From: Guillardia theta CCMP2712
Lineage: Eukaryota; Protista; Cryptophyta
Direction: 5' to 3'
DNA length: 64,000 bases
Assembly (NCBI RefSeq): GCF_000315625.1
Contig: NW_005434568.1
Location: 144,582 to 208,581, forward strand
Part shown: piece after piece, positions 35,659 to 48,563 of the stretch
How the letters are laid out: each line of letters starts with the position of its first letter
Position numbering within the stretch: the stretch's first letter is position 1
Program-made: the position numbers and the translations under genes
Notes under the pieces: generated by a model
Told to the model about the DNA's origin: nothing
Databases searched by the model: none
What the model saw: only the letters and a program-made list of their open reading frames with translations

Positions 35659-38600
35659 AGCAACCTACCTTGTCACAGGTTTACCAGCAAGACGGGGAAC
35701 AGAATCATGCCGACGCTTTCAATGCCGAGTTCTTCCTTCATCACTTCCAAACGTCGGATGTGCAAGCAAGCAAGCGATCCCTCCGGTTCTCAGAGCCGCA
35801 GACTAAGTTGAGCAGCTCGGAGCTGATGATGCCCAACGCCAAGTTCTCATACTTCGATCGCCTTGACCCCTTCTTCCTTCGAAGATACCTCAAGACTCCG
35901 CTGGTGTCTCATCCCATGGCGTTGCCGAAGCCTCTGACAGTTGTTGCAGAAACGTCTCAAGAATCAGTTCACAATGGTGGTGGACAATTCGGATCAAATG
36001 GATTCTTTCCTGCAAGACACCCACAAACCAAGCGCGGTAAAGAAACATACCTCACCTCGCTCTACCTAGACATGTTGTCATCTCAGCGACATCTCTTCAC
36101 AACAGCGGTGCATCAAAGTGACACGAAATGGATGCAGGTGATGAACTCGTTGAACTCAGCCAAGTCTAAGTTGGTTCGAGCTGGAAGTTTCATGAAAGTT
36201 CCCGCAAAGCCCCCGATAATCAACGAGGTGCAGGCGGACTGACGCGATTGTCTTGATGACTGGATAGCAGGAGCCAGAGGACGCAGAAGACGTTGATGAA
36301 GCAGATGATGATGCTGGAGCGTCGAACATCTCCCTGTACCTCAGCGCAGGTTCTAGAGGATAGATGTTCAGAGAATCGTGATGATGTTGCTTCTTCAGGT
36401 TTCATCGTGATCTTGGCATGCATGGATGCTTGTTTGTTCATGGTTTGACTTGAAGATGTTGTGGAAACTTTGAATAACGATGATTGCAGATCTTTCAAAT
36501 GTTTTGGCGAGGAGATTTTGTTTGCAACCCTCCTCAAGTGAATCTGGGAAATGTCGTCCCGCTCTCAGTCTTGCTGGGACTGTACTTCTTTAGAATGGTG
36601 AGCAGACGAGTAAGAGCTACCACGGTTTGACATGCTGGGATGCAGACCAATCGGCTCAAGTCGAAGCAATACACTCTCACCTCATGCTTCAATCTTAACG
36701 AGCTGCTGCATGTGATCCCATGGAACTCTTTGATCTTCCTTCTCCTCGTCATCTCCTCTGCTGGTCTTCCTCCCCCTCCCCTGTCAAGGTCTGACGGACA
36801 AGCAGCGATCCTCGTCGTCGAGTGTCAGCAATGCCGACAAGGGCAGGTCCGGCATGGCATCCTCCTCCGCTTCGACCTGGTCCTGCACTTCGGGTCTGCC
36901 TTGCCTCTCACCCTCTCTCGCGTGACTCCCTCTGGTCGGCAGCCGCGTGCTGCTGGCGATCAGGCTCTGCTTGAAGCTCAAGAAGCAGCTGAGGAGGAGG
37001 CTGCAAAGTGGTGCGGCGTGAGGGTGGTTGGCTGGCGGGTCTGAGACAGACTGCAGCTGTCAGCTTGAACAAGAGGCGGTTTCAAGACAGGTTTGCCGAC
37101 TTGGACTTGGGTAACCCGCAGCCCTTGACTGCTCGACTCGACTGATCCCCTCATCAGATCTCACCTACATCTGCGATCGCTTGATTGGCATGGCGTTGCC
37201 CTGCGTCGATGGTGACGTCACTTGTGTGGCCCTCTCAGATGCCTGACAACCCCCAGGCGCCATGCACAGGAATGACATCCGCGACGTCGCCAAGTTCTTC
37301 TCCACTCGTCACTACGGTCATCCGCCTCCCGTGGTGTCTCGGAGCATGACTGACGACTGGGGTGTCAAGCAGGAAGTTTCCTCATCTTCAACCTCTGTGA
37401 AGCACAAGAGGTGCCTGCATGCTCGCCGGCGGTTCGATGAGTGATGACGTGGCATGTGCTCTCGGCAGGAGAGCGGCAACGGAAACTACGACACGCGCCT
37501 GCTCTACGGTCAAGTCAAGAAGCTTCCCTTCAGGGATCACAACATCTGCAAGCTGCGGAGCCTCGTCAGTTTCTGCGAGCATGCGACTGAGTTCCTGAAC
37601 GAAAGCGATGAGAACGTAGTAGCCATACACTGCCAGGCAAGTCACGACCTGACGGCAGCCGCTTGCAAGTTTGAAAGTTTTTTTCGTCAGGGTGGGAAGG
37701 GCAGGACAGGCACGTTCTGCTCCTCTCTGATGCTCTGGACGAATCTCTTTCAGTCTGCCGATCTCGCTCTGTCCTACTTCGCCAGTAGAAGGACTGACAC
37801 GAGCCGCGGGAGCGGTGAGCTACAGAAAGTGGCGGCCCCGTCGCAGATCCGTAAGTGACCGTGTGGACTAGGAGAGTCTAACAGTTGCCGCAGGATACGT
37901 CAAGTACATGGAAACCTTGATCAAGGACAACGTGGACTACATCTCCAGCACCAAAGTCATCCTGAGTCGCATCTCGATGCATGGGGTTCCGATGCTGGAC
38001 CAAGAAGTCTGCAACCTGACGTTCGGTCCGTCCTTGTTCCCCCCCGGCTCCACCCCAGCTGACGTGCGGCATCGCAGTGATCGAAGTGAACGGAGAGCTA
38101 GAGTATGATCACGGCAAAGCAGCTGGGATGACTCGTTGCTGCAAGGAGCTGCGGGATGACTGGATCTTCGACGTGGGATTTGTGCTCCTCTCCGACGACG
38201 TCGCCGTCAGGTTCTTCTACTTCAGGTGAGGATGACGTGGCACATGCTGGTCCCTCCCAGTCATTCTCTCTCGCAGCTCCGATGCCGAACCCTCGTCGAT
38301 TGTCGGCAAGACTGCTGAGATCCAGCCGGGGGGGCGCGAGATCATGTACGGCAGTCTAAAGGGGAAGCAGGTGCGTGCGAATAGCTCCTCCTCCTCCTCC
38401 TCCTCCTCCTCCCCTTGTCCTCCTCCTCATCGTCCTCTCCTTGTCCTCCTCCTCCTCTGACCTCTCGCCAGCTGTTCTTCGTCCAGTTTCACACGGCATT
38501 CCATTCCAACGACCTGACGCTGAGCAAGAGCGAGATCGACGGGGCGTACAAGAAGAAGAGTCACAAGTTCGCCGATGACTTTTCCCTCCGCTTCCACTTC

Positions 38601-40715
38601 TGGAAGGACATGGGGGTCGACAGCCACGAGAGTCTCGAGGAGTTGTACCAGCCCCCTCGCTCCCCAAAACGCTCTCCTCCTCGCTCTCCCATTCGCTCTC
38701 CTCCTCGCTCTCCCAGTCACTCTCCCGGCCGCTCCCCGGCGAGGTCGCCGGATCCGATGCTGGACAGCGAGGCGGGTCGGTACTCGATCCTAAAGTGGGG
38801 AGCCTTCCTGTCCCTCCCCCCTTGCCTGAGGGTCTTCAACCTGGCGCTGTGGCTGGACGATCTTTTCCAAGTGATCGCCACTGACTGCCGCGTCTACTCG
38901 AGGGGCGAGATCGTCTACAACCCGGAGGAGTCTGACCGCTCCCTGCACTTCATCTCCTCAGGCAACCTCATCCTCGACACCAGCGAGGGCAAGGCCAAGG
39001 AGCGAAGCCTGGGCAGCGGGCTCTACGAGGAGGAGATGGTATGGGGGGCGAGGGAGTTCTTTGGCGAGCTTTCCTTCCTCCTCGGAAACGGGCAGGACAA
39101 CACCAGCGGAGTATTGCGAGCATACTCGGAGCAGGTGGAAGTTCGTTCGCTCAGGCTGTCGGAGCTGAGCAGAGACCCTCTCGGCATCCCCCCCCTCGTC
39201 TGTGAGAACCTGAGCCCTAGGGACCTTGACATCCTGTACGAGGCCCTCGCAAGGTGAGAGACTTCTGGTCTTGGCCTGAGGGCTGACAAGGTGGCTGGCA
39301 GGCAAGTTTGCAGTGACGCCATCAAGAACGACATCTACCTGCACTTCGTGGCGCTGCAGGTGGGAGGAGGCGGGTGGGCCCGAGGTCGCTGACTGCTCCC
39401 CAGCAAAACACCAAGAGGGACAAGAACTCTTCGCTGATTGAGATCCACCAGGCCTCTTTTCTCAACAGCATCCGAGACAAGCACAAGATTCCGGCCATGG
39501 AGCCGCACAAGTTTCTGTCCGGGGCCACGTACCTGAGAGGGTCTCGCAAGCGGTCGAAGTCGAACATCTTCCAGAAGGGGGAGATCAAGGGAGTGTTTGT
39601 GGTGTTCCAGGACGTGATAGGATACGCCGAGTACATGTGCCAGGTGTCGATCCAGACGAAGCAGATCTCAGGCATTGAAGTGATCGGCGACACTCTGATG
39701 ATCAGCCTGTCGACTGAAAAGAGCTCGGGGAGGAGAATGAGCGAAGGAAGGAGGGTGAGCGAGGTCGACGATGGGCTCATCGAACGGCTGGGGTCGAGGA
39801 TGAAGGCGTCTTACAGCTTTCAGTTCGTCTCTTCTGACTGCGCACAGAGCGCGCAGGCGATGATTCTTTCCCTCAAGAACACCAGGGACGATGAGATTGA
39901 GACGATCGATGAGGAGCTGTCGAGCCAGCAGGACAGGAATATCGACCCCATGCATGTCGCCAAGTTGTTTCACTTCGTGGACGAGAGCGAGGCTCTAGAG
40001 TTCTCCGAGGGCTCGACGCTAGACGAGCTCTTCTCCGTCTTCTCCATTATCTGGTCGAGCCTCGCGCCCTCGTTCCTCCCTCACGTCCTGCTCAGGTACA
40101 AGAAGGGCAGCCTCATCATCGACATCGGAGAGACGAGGCGGACTCTCTTCCACATCGTGTCCGGGTCGATCATCGCCTGCGGGAGCGACGGCAACATCCG
40201 GGTCAAGCGAGGCAAGGGCGAGCTCTTCGGCGAGGTGAGTTACTTCAGCACCGGCAACAAGGGCGCTCTCTCCAAGGTAAGCTCCTGCCCAGCTGCATCC
40301 CACGAGGCTCAGGGGTGTGCAGGTCGTGGCAGAGGAGGAGACGTGCTGCATGGAGATCCATAACGACGTGAGAGGAGGAGCGTTTGGCCCTCGTTGCTGA
40401 CCCTCCGGCAGGACGTGGAGCGACTGAGAGCTCGGCGGCCTCTCCTGACCGCGCGAATGTGAGCTGAGAAGATCCGACGCTCGCCACTTGCCTCCCCACC
40501 TGCCCTCATCCTCCGCTCACTCGTCACTTCACCTTCTCCCCCTTCGCCCCTCCCTGCTCTTATTTCGTCTCCTTCCTTCCTCTCCCTCTTCGTCTTTCCC
40601 TGGGCTAACTGAATGTTGCAGAAATCGAGCCATCGCCCGTAACGTGGCCTACCGGCTACAGGAGCAGTTCAGACGCATCAGCCACAGCCCGATTTACATG
40701 AGCTCTAAGGGCTGA
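35283..40715 (+). CDS. Voltage-sensing-phosphatase/PTEN-like protein: degenerate 4-TM voltage sensor, PTP, C2, cNMP-binding fold, PH/GRAM-like, second cNMP-binding fold
   Basis: Spliced VSLNKRRFQDRFADLDLDLTYICDRLIGMALP, HRNDIRDVAKFF, PFRDHN, HCQ|GGKGRTG, PSQIRYVKY, FFVQFHTAF...IDGAYK; two FGE-containing cNMP folds. Confidence 0.88.
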
Positions 40716-40812
40716 GAGAGGAGAGGAGGAAAGGGACACGAGGGAGCAAATCAGTCTCGCTGCTGCTTCATGCTCTCATGGTACCGCTGACTCTTCCTAA
40801 TCCACTAGGGTT

Positions 40813-43800
40813 TCACCATAACTTTCTCACTACTGGCGGGGGGTGACGCCTTGGAAGAGTTCGTACTGCAGTACTATCAGGAGGAGGAGGAGGAGGAGAG
40901 AGGAAAGAGGAGAGAGGAAAGAGGAGGAGGAAGGAAAGGAAAGGAAAGGAAAGGAAAGGGGGTTGTGGGAGGAGGCTCAGTGTTTCTTACCTGTCGCTCG
41001 GAGATCTGCCTCTGGGCCTCGCGCAAGAAATCAAGGAACGAGGAGCACCTGCTACCTCATTAGAATCCCTTCCTGTCCTTCCCCTTCCCCTCCCTTTCAC
41101 TCTCATCTTCCCTTCCCCTCCCTTTCACTCTCATCTTCCCTTCCCCTCCCTTTCACTCTCATCTTCCCTTCCCCTCCCTTTCACTCTCATCTTCCCTTCC
41201 CCAGCATTCCTCCCTTGGCTGCTCTCCTTGGCATTCCCCGCCTTCCATCGCTCACCTCTTAACTCGAGCTGCTCGAGCATCGCTGGCAGAGTCGAGGAGC
41301 ATCGCCGCCATGTCGATCGCCGCTCTGATGACACATCAGCTGGGCAAGGAGGAAGGATTGAGACCGACCGGTGCTCCTGGAGCTCGAGAGCAAAGCTGAC
41401 CTCGAACCTGCCCTTGGGTCAGACGAGCACTTGATACCCAGACCTGAAGTTTGACCTGTCCACGGCTTCCTTGCAAGGCTGCATGCTGATATCTGCGACG
41501 CTCTCTGCATCATCGTCACCCTCCTCATCCTCCTCATCCTTTCTCCTCTCACCCGCACATTCATGCGCGCGCTCCCTTAGGGCCTTGGCAATCTCGTCGC
41601 CAATGAGCTGCTTTATCTGAGGTCTACGTGAGAGGGGAAGGGAGGGGAGTCCAACACCCTCACCTGCTTCTCCGTCTCATGCCCAGCGCTTCTGATTGCC
41701 AGCCAAGAACTCGCTGCTGCTCCTAGCGCTGCATCCGAGTGACTTGGAGAGACACGAGGAGTCCTCGCCCTCACCTCCCATGAACGCATACGCGTATGAC
41801 GCCATCAAGTTGCAGCACATGACCGCAATGAGCGAGCTGGACACCGGATGAGTACTCGAGGAAGGAAGGGAGGAGAAGGGAGGGAGGAGGGGGGGAGGAG
41901 AGAAGCTAACCGGAAGCCATTGGTTACTCCCCAGTAAGAGATCAGCCTGGTACTGAAGAAAGGAAGTGCAGAGGAGATAGCTGTGAGCAGGGACACAGTC
42001 ACTCGAAGACCCGAGGACCTGACGACCAGCCTCCGCCTCTTACCGGAGATTCTGTTCGGCTTCTCGCGGGCGTGCTGTAGGGCGTCTCTTTGCCCTGCAG
42101 CTCCCCAAACCGCAGCTACGATGTCCTCCATCTCAGTGATCTGACACTTGCGTTCAGTCGGCTGAAGAAAAGGCAAAGGGCTGACCTGAAGATGCGCCTG
42201 CTTGCCCAGGTGGCGCTCGACTTCCGATGACTTCTTCTCGACTTGAGGAAGCAGGATGTCCATCGTCCATCGTTCCGAGATCTCCTCGAGCTTGCACCGC
42301 AGGTATTGCTCCACATGGTGAGCAAACTCGCACCGGGTGGTAGCGGAGAAAGCTCCAGTCAGCCCGACTCGTTGACTAACTTGCGCATGCATGGCGAGCT
42401 CGGGGACTTTATCCGCCAACCCCCTGAAGTGATCCTCTGCGAGCTGCCTAACCTCATCGCGCTGGCGGCTGTAGTCCAGGCGAACTTGTCGGAGAGTCTT
42501 CTCGTGCTGGTCTTGGAGCTCCAAGAGCCTCGGCAGACAAGACTCCTGCAGCGACCTCACCTGCAGCGCCACAACCTCGTCAGCTTCCCGCGACCAGCTC
42601 CAACTCAGCACCTCCGTCGGCTGCCTTTCGAGCAGAGCTCCCGTCCTCTCCACTTGGTCATACAAGAACTTGACGAATCTGGACGCAAGACGGATCATGT
42701 CTTGTGACCTCGCATGCGCATGACGCTCGAGAAACGAAGCAAGCCCTCCCTCCAGAGCCTTCATTTGCGAGATTGTTCGATCCAGCACGGCTCGACGGTT
42801 GTTCACGCCAGGTACACAGAAGATGGGAGCTTTCAGCTCAGCAGCCTTGGCTCGGGCCTCGGAGAAGACCTGCGGCTGTTACTGACCTCCCTCTCTCGCA
42901 TACATCTCCACGGTACCTCGGCATCCTCGGTCCCGTCGCTGACGACGACGATGAAGACAGATCCCTTCAGGATGCATCAAGAAATCTTCACGACCTCGAG
43001 CTCGAGCTCTTACCTCGGGCAGGTACTGCAGAGCTTGTCTGACAGGCCACCAATCGAAGCCCTTCAGCAGCGTCAGCGACGGGAAAGAACCAAGGCCTCT
43101 GCAAGCTTCCCCACCTCGTCTGCGTTCACCACGAACACGATCCCGTCCGCCTGCCTCTTCAAGGCCGTGGCAACGATGTCCACCTTGAGCGAGTGAGGAG
43201 GAGATGAGGGCGATGAAACATTCAGTCACCTCCTTCACCGTCGGCCCATCAACAATCTCAAGACCGTCTACCAGCGCTGAGGCCCCTCCAAGGAACACCT
43301 GCCACACCATCCATCAGAATGGGTCCTGGCTCCTCCTCTCCCCTCTCGCTGTACAACAGCACGAGGGCACACGGCATGCTTTCATACCTCAAGGCTGTCA
43401 ACCAGCGCAAGCGTTGACGAGCGGATGTCCTCCCACGAGCAGTCCATGGGCTCGTTGTGGTGGCCCAGCACCTCCACCAACTCCTTCTTGCTGTTGCTGC
43501 GGTGTGCGCATGATGAACGGCAGACAACGAGATGATCCTTGCCTGCGAAAGGGGAACGAGGCTCCATTGATGCGCAGGTGCTCCCGAATGGAAGGATGCA
43601 GCGAGTTATCCGAGATCTGTCAAAGAAAGCATGTCAGAGTTTTCCATTGCACGGAACGAACAATCGCAAAGGGCATGACCTCTTCTTCAGTCAGGTCTTG
43701 TCGAAAATGTACAAATACAACAAACTCATTCTCCAACACTTGCCCAGCATCGTTGTTGCGATAACGTACCGTTACCTTGTCACTGGACAGAACCCTCTCG

Positions 43801-44453
43801 TCAGAACCCTCCTCTTTTCACCTTCACCCTTAGAATATCTCCCCCCCCCCCGCTTCCCCCCCTCTTCCTTCTCCCTCCCCCCAGCATCACCTGAAAGGAC
43901 AGTGCTGCGTATCAATCCCTAAGATAGCTTTCACGAGGCTACGCTTCATCCTTCGGGCACTCAGTCAGCGACACGCATAGTCGACAAGGAACTCATTTCA
44001 CCTGCCCGCTGAGCCAGACAGGAACAGAGTCAGTTGGTGGTTACAAAGTCTCTGCAAGGTGTCGTATGCGTGCTGGTGGCAGTTGACCAGGCCCGTGTCG
44101 TCATATGAGCGCAACTTTGGCCACAGACTGTTGATGGCATTCCGCAGAAAGACCCTCCGATCCATGTAGTTCTTGCACACACTCCTCAGCCTCGAGTTGT
44201 CAAATTTTCTGCATTGACAGCATCAGCATCGAGAGGAGATGCAGCATGGCGCTGCTCACCGCACGTATCCCTCCCATGTCTGGTTGCTCAGCGTTGGGCA
44301 GCGGTCGATCACAGTCTCGCAGCCAGCGTCATCGAACATTACAGCCTCCCAGGTGCTGTCCCGGTTCAGCAAGATCCAGTCTTCTGGGGGCCTACGAGCA
44401 GACGGGGCTCCGCTCTGAGCCCAACTTGAGTAGGACGTGTGGCTGGAGGTCAT
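40813..44453 (-). CDS. Dynamin-like (BDLP/mitofusin-type fold) protein with degenerate GTPase motifs, multi-exon
   Basis: TLFLSGSAG...MKRSLVKAILG (G1 region), LVDGLEIVDGP (G3 region), ADGIVFVV, long helical stalk, hydrophobic hairpin near the C-terminus. Confidence 0.55.
41082..41202. repeat. 28-bp intronic minisatellite, about 4 copies (CCCTTCCCCTCCCTTTCACTCTCATCTT)
   Basis: Exact tandem copies. Confidence 0.95.
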
Positions 44454-44767
44454 GGCTTGTGTAAGTGCCTGCACGTCAGGTCAAAAGGTGTAAATGGGAG
44501 ACAGGTCAAATGAAGTTGTAGCCAACAGTGAATGGCTGGGAGAAAACGTTGGATATTAGCTAGAGGGGAGATACGGCAGGGTACAAGATGCAGTAAAAGC
44601 CATCAAGAAAAGAAACAGAAATGGGTAGGCCCAAAGTTGTGTGTGGAATCATGCAGCTTCAGCAATAATGGAAGATAGCATGTGGGGTAGGTGCAGGGGA
44701 TGAGATGGTATGAAGGTAGAAAGGGGATGCGAACAGAGGGCAGAGAGGAGAGGGAGGGAGGAAGGAG

Positions 44768-44838
44768 GAGAGGAGAGGAGAGGAGAGGAGAGGAGAGGAG
44801 AGGAGAGGAGAGGAGAGGAGAGGAGAGGAGAGGAGAGG
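44768..44838. repeat. (GAGAG)n microsatellite
   Basis: Directly visible. Confidence 0.95.
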
Positions 44839-46291
44839 ATATCAGGAGGGAGAAAGCTTGCGGCAATGCTGCATTATCGATCTGCATTGCAAACCCTGGA
44901 GAAAAAATGTGCGGCAGATTCAAGGCTGGTAGAGATTGAGGGGGTGGTTTTGATTTGGGGGTTGGTAAAGCCTTCAGACATTGGGGTGGGGGTATGCAAA
45001 AATTGATTAATCCAGGAGGGTTTAGGAATGAAGGGGTAGTTCAGATTAAGTCCAAGAGGTCATTAACGGGGTAGGGTGTGATGATGTAGGGGTACTCTAA
45101 AAATGAAGTTTATTTGATTACGTTGGGTGGGATGGACTGATCTTTGAGGGGTGGGTACTCCATGTTGCAGCAAAAGTAATGATGGCAGAAGCAAGGGGAA
45201 ATGGAGGGAACAGGGGGAGGGGAGGAGGAGGAGGAGAGATGGCGAGGAGAGCAGGAGAGCAGGAGAGGATAAGGAGAGGAGCTGTGGAGTCGAGGTCAAA
45301 CGAGGGATCATTGGAAGGAAGCCTTTGGTTGGGGGTGTCGGGAGGGGTCAGGGAGGCGGGAAGGTGGGGGGGGGGGAGCGAGATAGAGGCGGAAAAGGTT
45401 GGGAGGTGAACAGGAAGGTGGAGAAGAGTGACGTCGAAGGTGGTCAGAAGAGGGGAAGAACAGTGGGCATGAATTGTGGGTGAGGAAAAGATCCTGATCT
45501 GACGAGGTAGTGGAAGAATCGAAACTTTGGGTGGAGGAGGAGCTGGTCGGGCAAGCCGTTTGTGAAGGTTTTGGTGTTGTTGCTTGTGAGGCAAGAGCTT
45601 GACAAGCTCGCAAGAATGAAGGTTGAGGAGCACTTGTACGGGATGTTGACTTCCTTGCTGTGTCTTGTGGACGAAGAGCTGTTGTGCATACAGGTCAAGT
45701 TGCCGCTAGCAAAGTTGAAACGCTGATGAGCGCTGTTGCCTAGTGTTGTGAATATGTTGGTGGAACAGTATGTACAGGAGAGAAGTGACGATCAGCATGA
45801 GAGAAGTGCTTCGTTGTCTGTTTGAATGATTCCGATGAGTTTCCTCGCTTTGCGCAACGATGCTTTTTCCACAACTACAATCCTGGTACCTCACTTTACC
45901 AGTTCGAAGGTGGTTCAGAGTCCTCGGGTCGACTCTGCGTTCGCTCCGAGAAGATCGTTTGGCGCAAGACAGTGCTAGATGTCTGTCTGGCACTCTCTAG
46001 GATATGACGAAATCCATTTGAGTGATGTCATAAATAAAGTCTTGCCCTCCATGGCATTCTCGCCTTCTCCATCACGGTCGCTACCTCTCCTCCTCCTTCT
46101 CCTTCTGCTCCTTGTGACCTTCATCTTGACAAGCATCATTCCCTTCTCTCTCGTCTTCTCGCTCTGCTCTCCTCGTCTGCCTCCCTTCGTGTCCCCTCCC
46201 TCGTCTCTCCTTATTTCCCGACCACCCCACCCCTTCCACTGCGATTTTTTCATTGTACACTACCCACCCAGTGCGGTAAATTCTCGAAGCC

Positions 46292-47942
46292 ATGCAGAAG
46301 ATTTCGCTTGTCCTCGCATTCATGTTATTCGCCGGTGAGAGGAGGAGGAGGAGGACAGAGGGCAGCGAGAAGAGGAAGAGGAGACCAGAGACATGGGAAA
46401 GGAGAGAAGAGAAGAGTGGTGTGAAGAAAGGAAGGGAGGGGAGGGAGAGGATGGGGAGGATCGGAGCATAGCGGGAACATTGGATGTAGTGGGTATGCCA
46501 ACAGGCATCTGAAAGAAGTTACGTCGAGAAGTCACGATGTAGGAAGAGATTTGTGAGAGTAGGAGGAGAAGATACCTAGTCCGAGAGAGTTGTGATGAGT
46601 GGGGGAGGGGGGAGGCGGGAGGATCCGTGGGGTCGGGGTAGCGGGGTAGCAGAGGGGGAGGGAGGGGAGGGGAGGGAGCACCTAAAGTGCAAGAACGAGG
46701 TGAAGACAAGTGAGCTAGCAAGATAGAAGTGATGAAGGTGACGAGGAAAGAGCTGAAGAGCTAGAGGACAAAGAATTCTTCTCTGAGATTTGGGACTAGG
46801 AGTGAACTCTTGGACGGTTCCGTCGTCTCCATTCACAAGGTCAAAGGCTACTTCAGCGCCTCCCCCCCCGCCCCTCATTTCTCTTCCCCCTCTCCCCTTT
46901 TCTTCTCTCTATCATCTTCTCTTCTCGTCCCCTCTACCTCTTCTGCTCTTCTCTACCCTCCTGCATCTCACCGGCTCCACAGAGCCTCTGCTTCCCTCCG
47001 CAGCCGTGCGGTCCGACCGCTTCGAGGAGGGGGCGGCACTGTGATGTCGGACGCTGACAAGGTTTGCTGGCATGCCGTCTTGTCTTGCATTCCTCTCATG
47101 TCTTGCATGAAGATCATTGTGAAGAAGCCGACAGAGAAAGAGAAAGAGATCGCTTCGAACTGGCCCACCTGGTGAGTGATAATACATCAGCAGACGCACC
47201 TGGCGGGGGCTTCTTGAGCAGCCCGTGTACCTTGATGGTTGTGCATTGAAATTTCTCTTTTCGCCTCTCACCATCCCTTTTATCGCATTTCCTTTCTCTG
47301 CTTCAGTTCCCTCCGTCCTCTCTTGTTTATCCCTGACATATCAGACTGACCGTGACTTAGGCAATGTGGAGTGTCGAAGTTCCCTTGGTCTTATGACTCC
47401 AGAGAGACTTGTCTTGTAAGTTTCAATATTTGCCTTCCCCCCACACTCTCTGCAGTCTCCTCGCCCCTTCCTCCCCCCCTTCCCACCCCACGTGCTTCCT
47501 TTCCCTGCTCAGCCTCCTCTGACATGCTTGGTCTTCGCCTCTCCCCTCCCCTTCTTGACAGTCTCTCACTGGAGTGATACTATCCTCGCTTCCTCGTGAT
47601 AATTTTTGGCTCCTCTTCAGGTGCTCGAGGGCGAGGTAATTGTCACTCCCAACAAAGGCGAGCCTGTTAAGATCCAGGTCTTCCTTCCCCTTCAACTCCC
47701 CCCCCTCTCCCCCCTCCCGTCCCACTTTTGTTCTCCTCCTCCTCCTCCTCCTCCTCCTCCCTTTCCCTCCTGCTTTCCTGCAACCAGCTGTGTTCTCCCC
47801 ATCCCTTCGGCCACCTTCCCAGTTCCTGCATCCTCCTCTCTTATCCGACCAACAGGCCGGCGACATGGCGGTCTTCCCGCAGGGCATGTCCTGCACGTGG
47901 GACGTGACGAAGGCTATTCGCAAGCACTACAACTTTGATTAG
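46292..47942 (+). CDS. Cupin_3 (DUF861/EutQ-like) protein with a bipartite plastid-targeting presequence
   Basis: Spliced MQKISLVLAFMLFADLGLGVNS-WTVPSSPFTRASASLRSRAVRPLRGGGG...WPTW..GVSKFPWSYDSRETCLVLEGEV...AGDMAVFPQGMSCTWDVTKAIRKHYNFD*. Confidence 0.9.
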
Positions 47943-48563
47943 CCTGTGGATTCTGCTGTGACGGCGGCGGCCTTTGAACTTTCGAACTGTTATTTGAAGT
48001 ATCGGAACTAGAGCTGCAGGCTGAGGGCCCCGGGCCCGGCCCACGGCTGGCGGGGGCCGGAGGGAAGAGGGGGCAAGGGAGTGAGGACTGAGACGGTATC
48101 TTACACGGTGTGTGTGGGTGAAGCTGATCAAAACGGTTGACCGTCCGCCGCAGTGTTCAAAGGTTTGCTTGTCCGATCATTCTACCAGTTCGTACTGCAC
48201 TACCTCACCCGGCCGCAAAGTCTACCGTACAGTAGCACCGTACGGTGTATCAGATCCGTTCAGTCGGACAGCTAGGGCTTACAAATCCGCCCCAGAGTAC
48301 GGTAAGGAAAAGAGAAGGGGCAGCAACGTTCGGTGGGTTCCTGGTGAAAAAAAAACAAACGAGGCTCCCACGACAAATTGCGGTACTGCTACCGGTGGTT
48401 TTCGGATTGTTTAGAGTACTACCCCCATATTCCCATCTGTGTACCGGTCTATCCCTGGGTACTACTGCTCGCATCCTCCAAATGTACCCACCCCCTTTCC
48501 CTCCAGGTACCAGAAAGTTCCTTTGCCTCCGCTCCCTCCCATCCTACACCGCACGTACTCGCT

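Noticed and set aside
44650-46030. Possible additional plus-strand multi-exon gene
   Set aside because: A few exon-like segments, but no coherent spliced product or motif could be built
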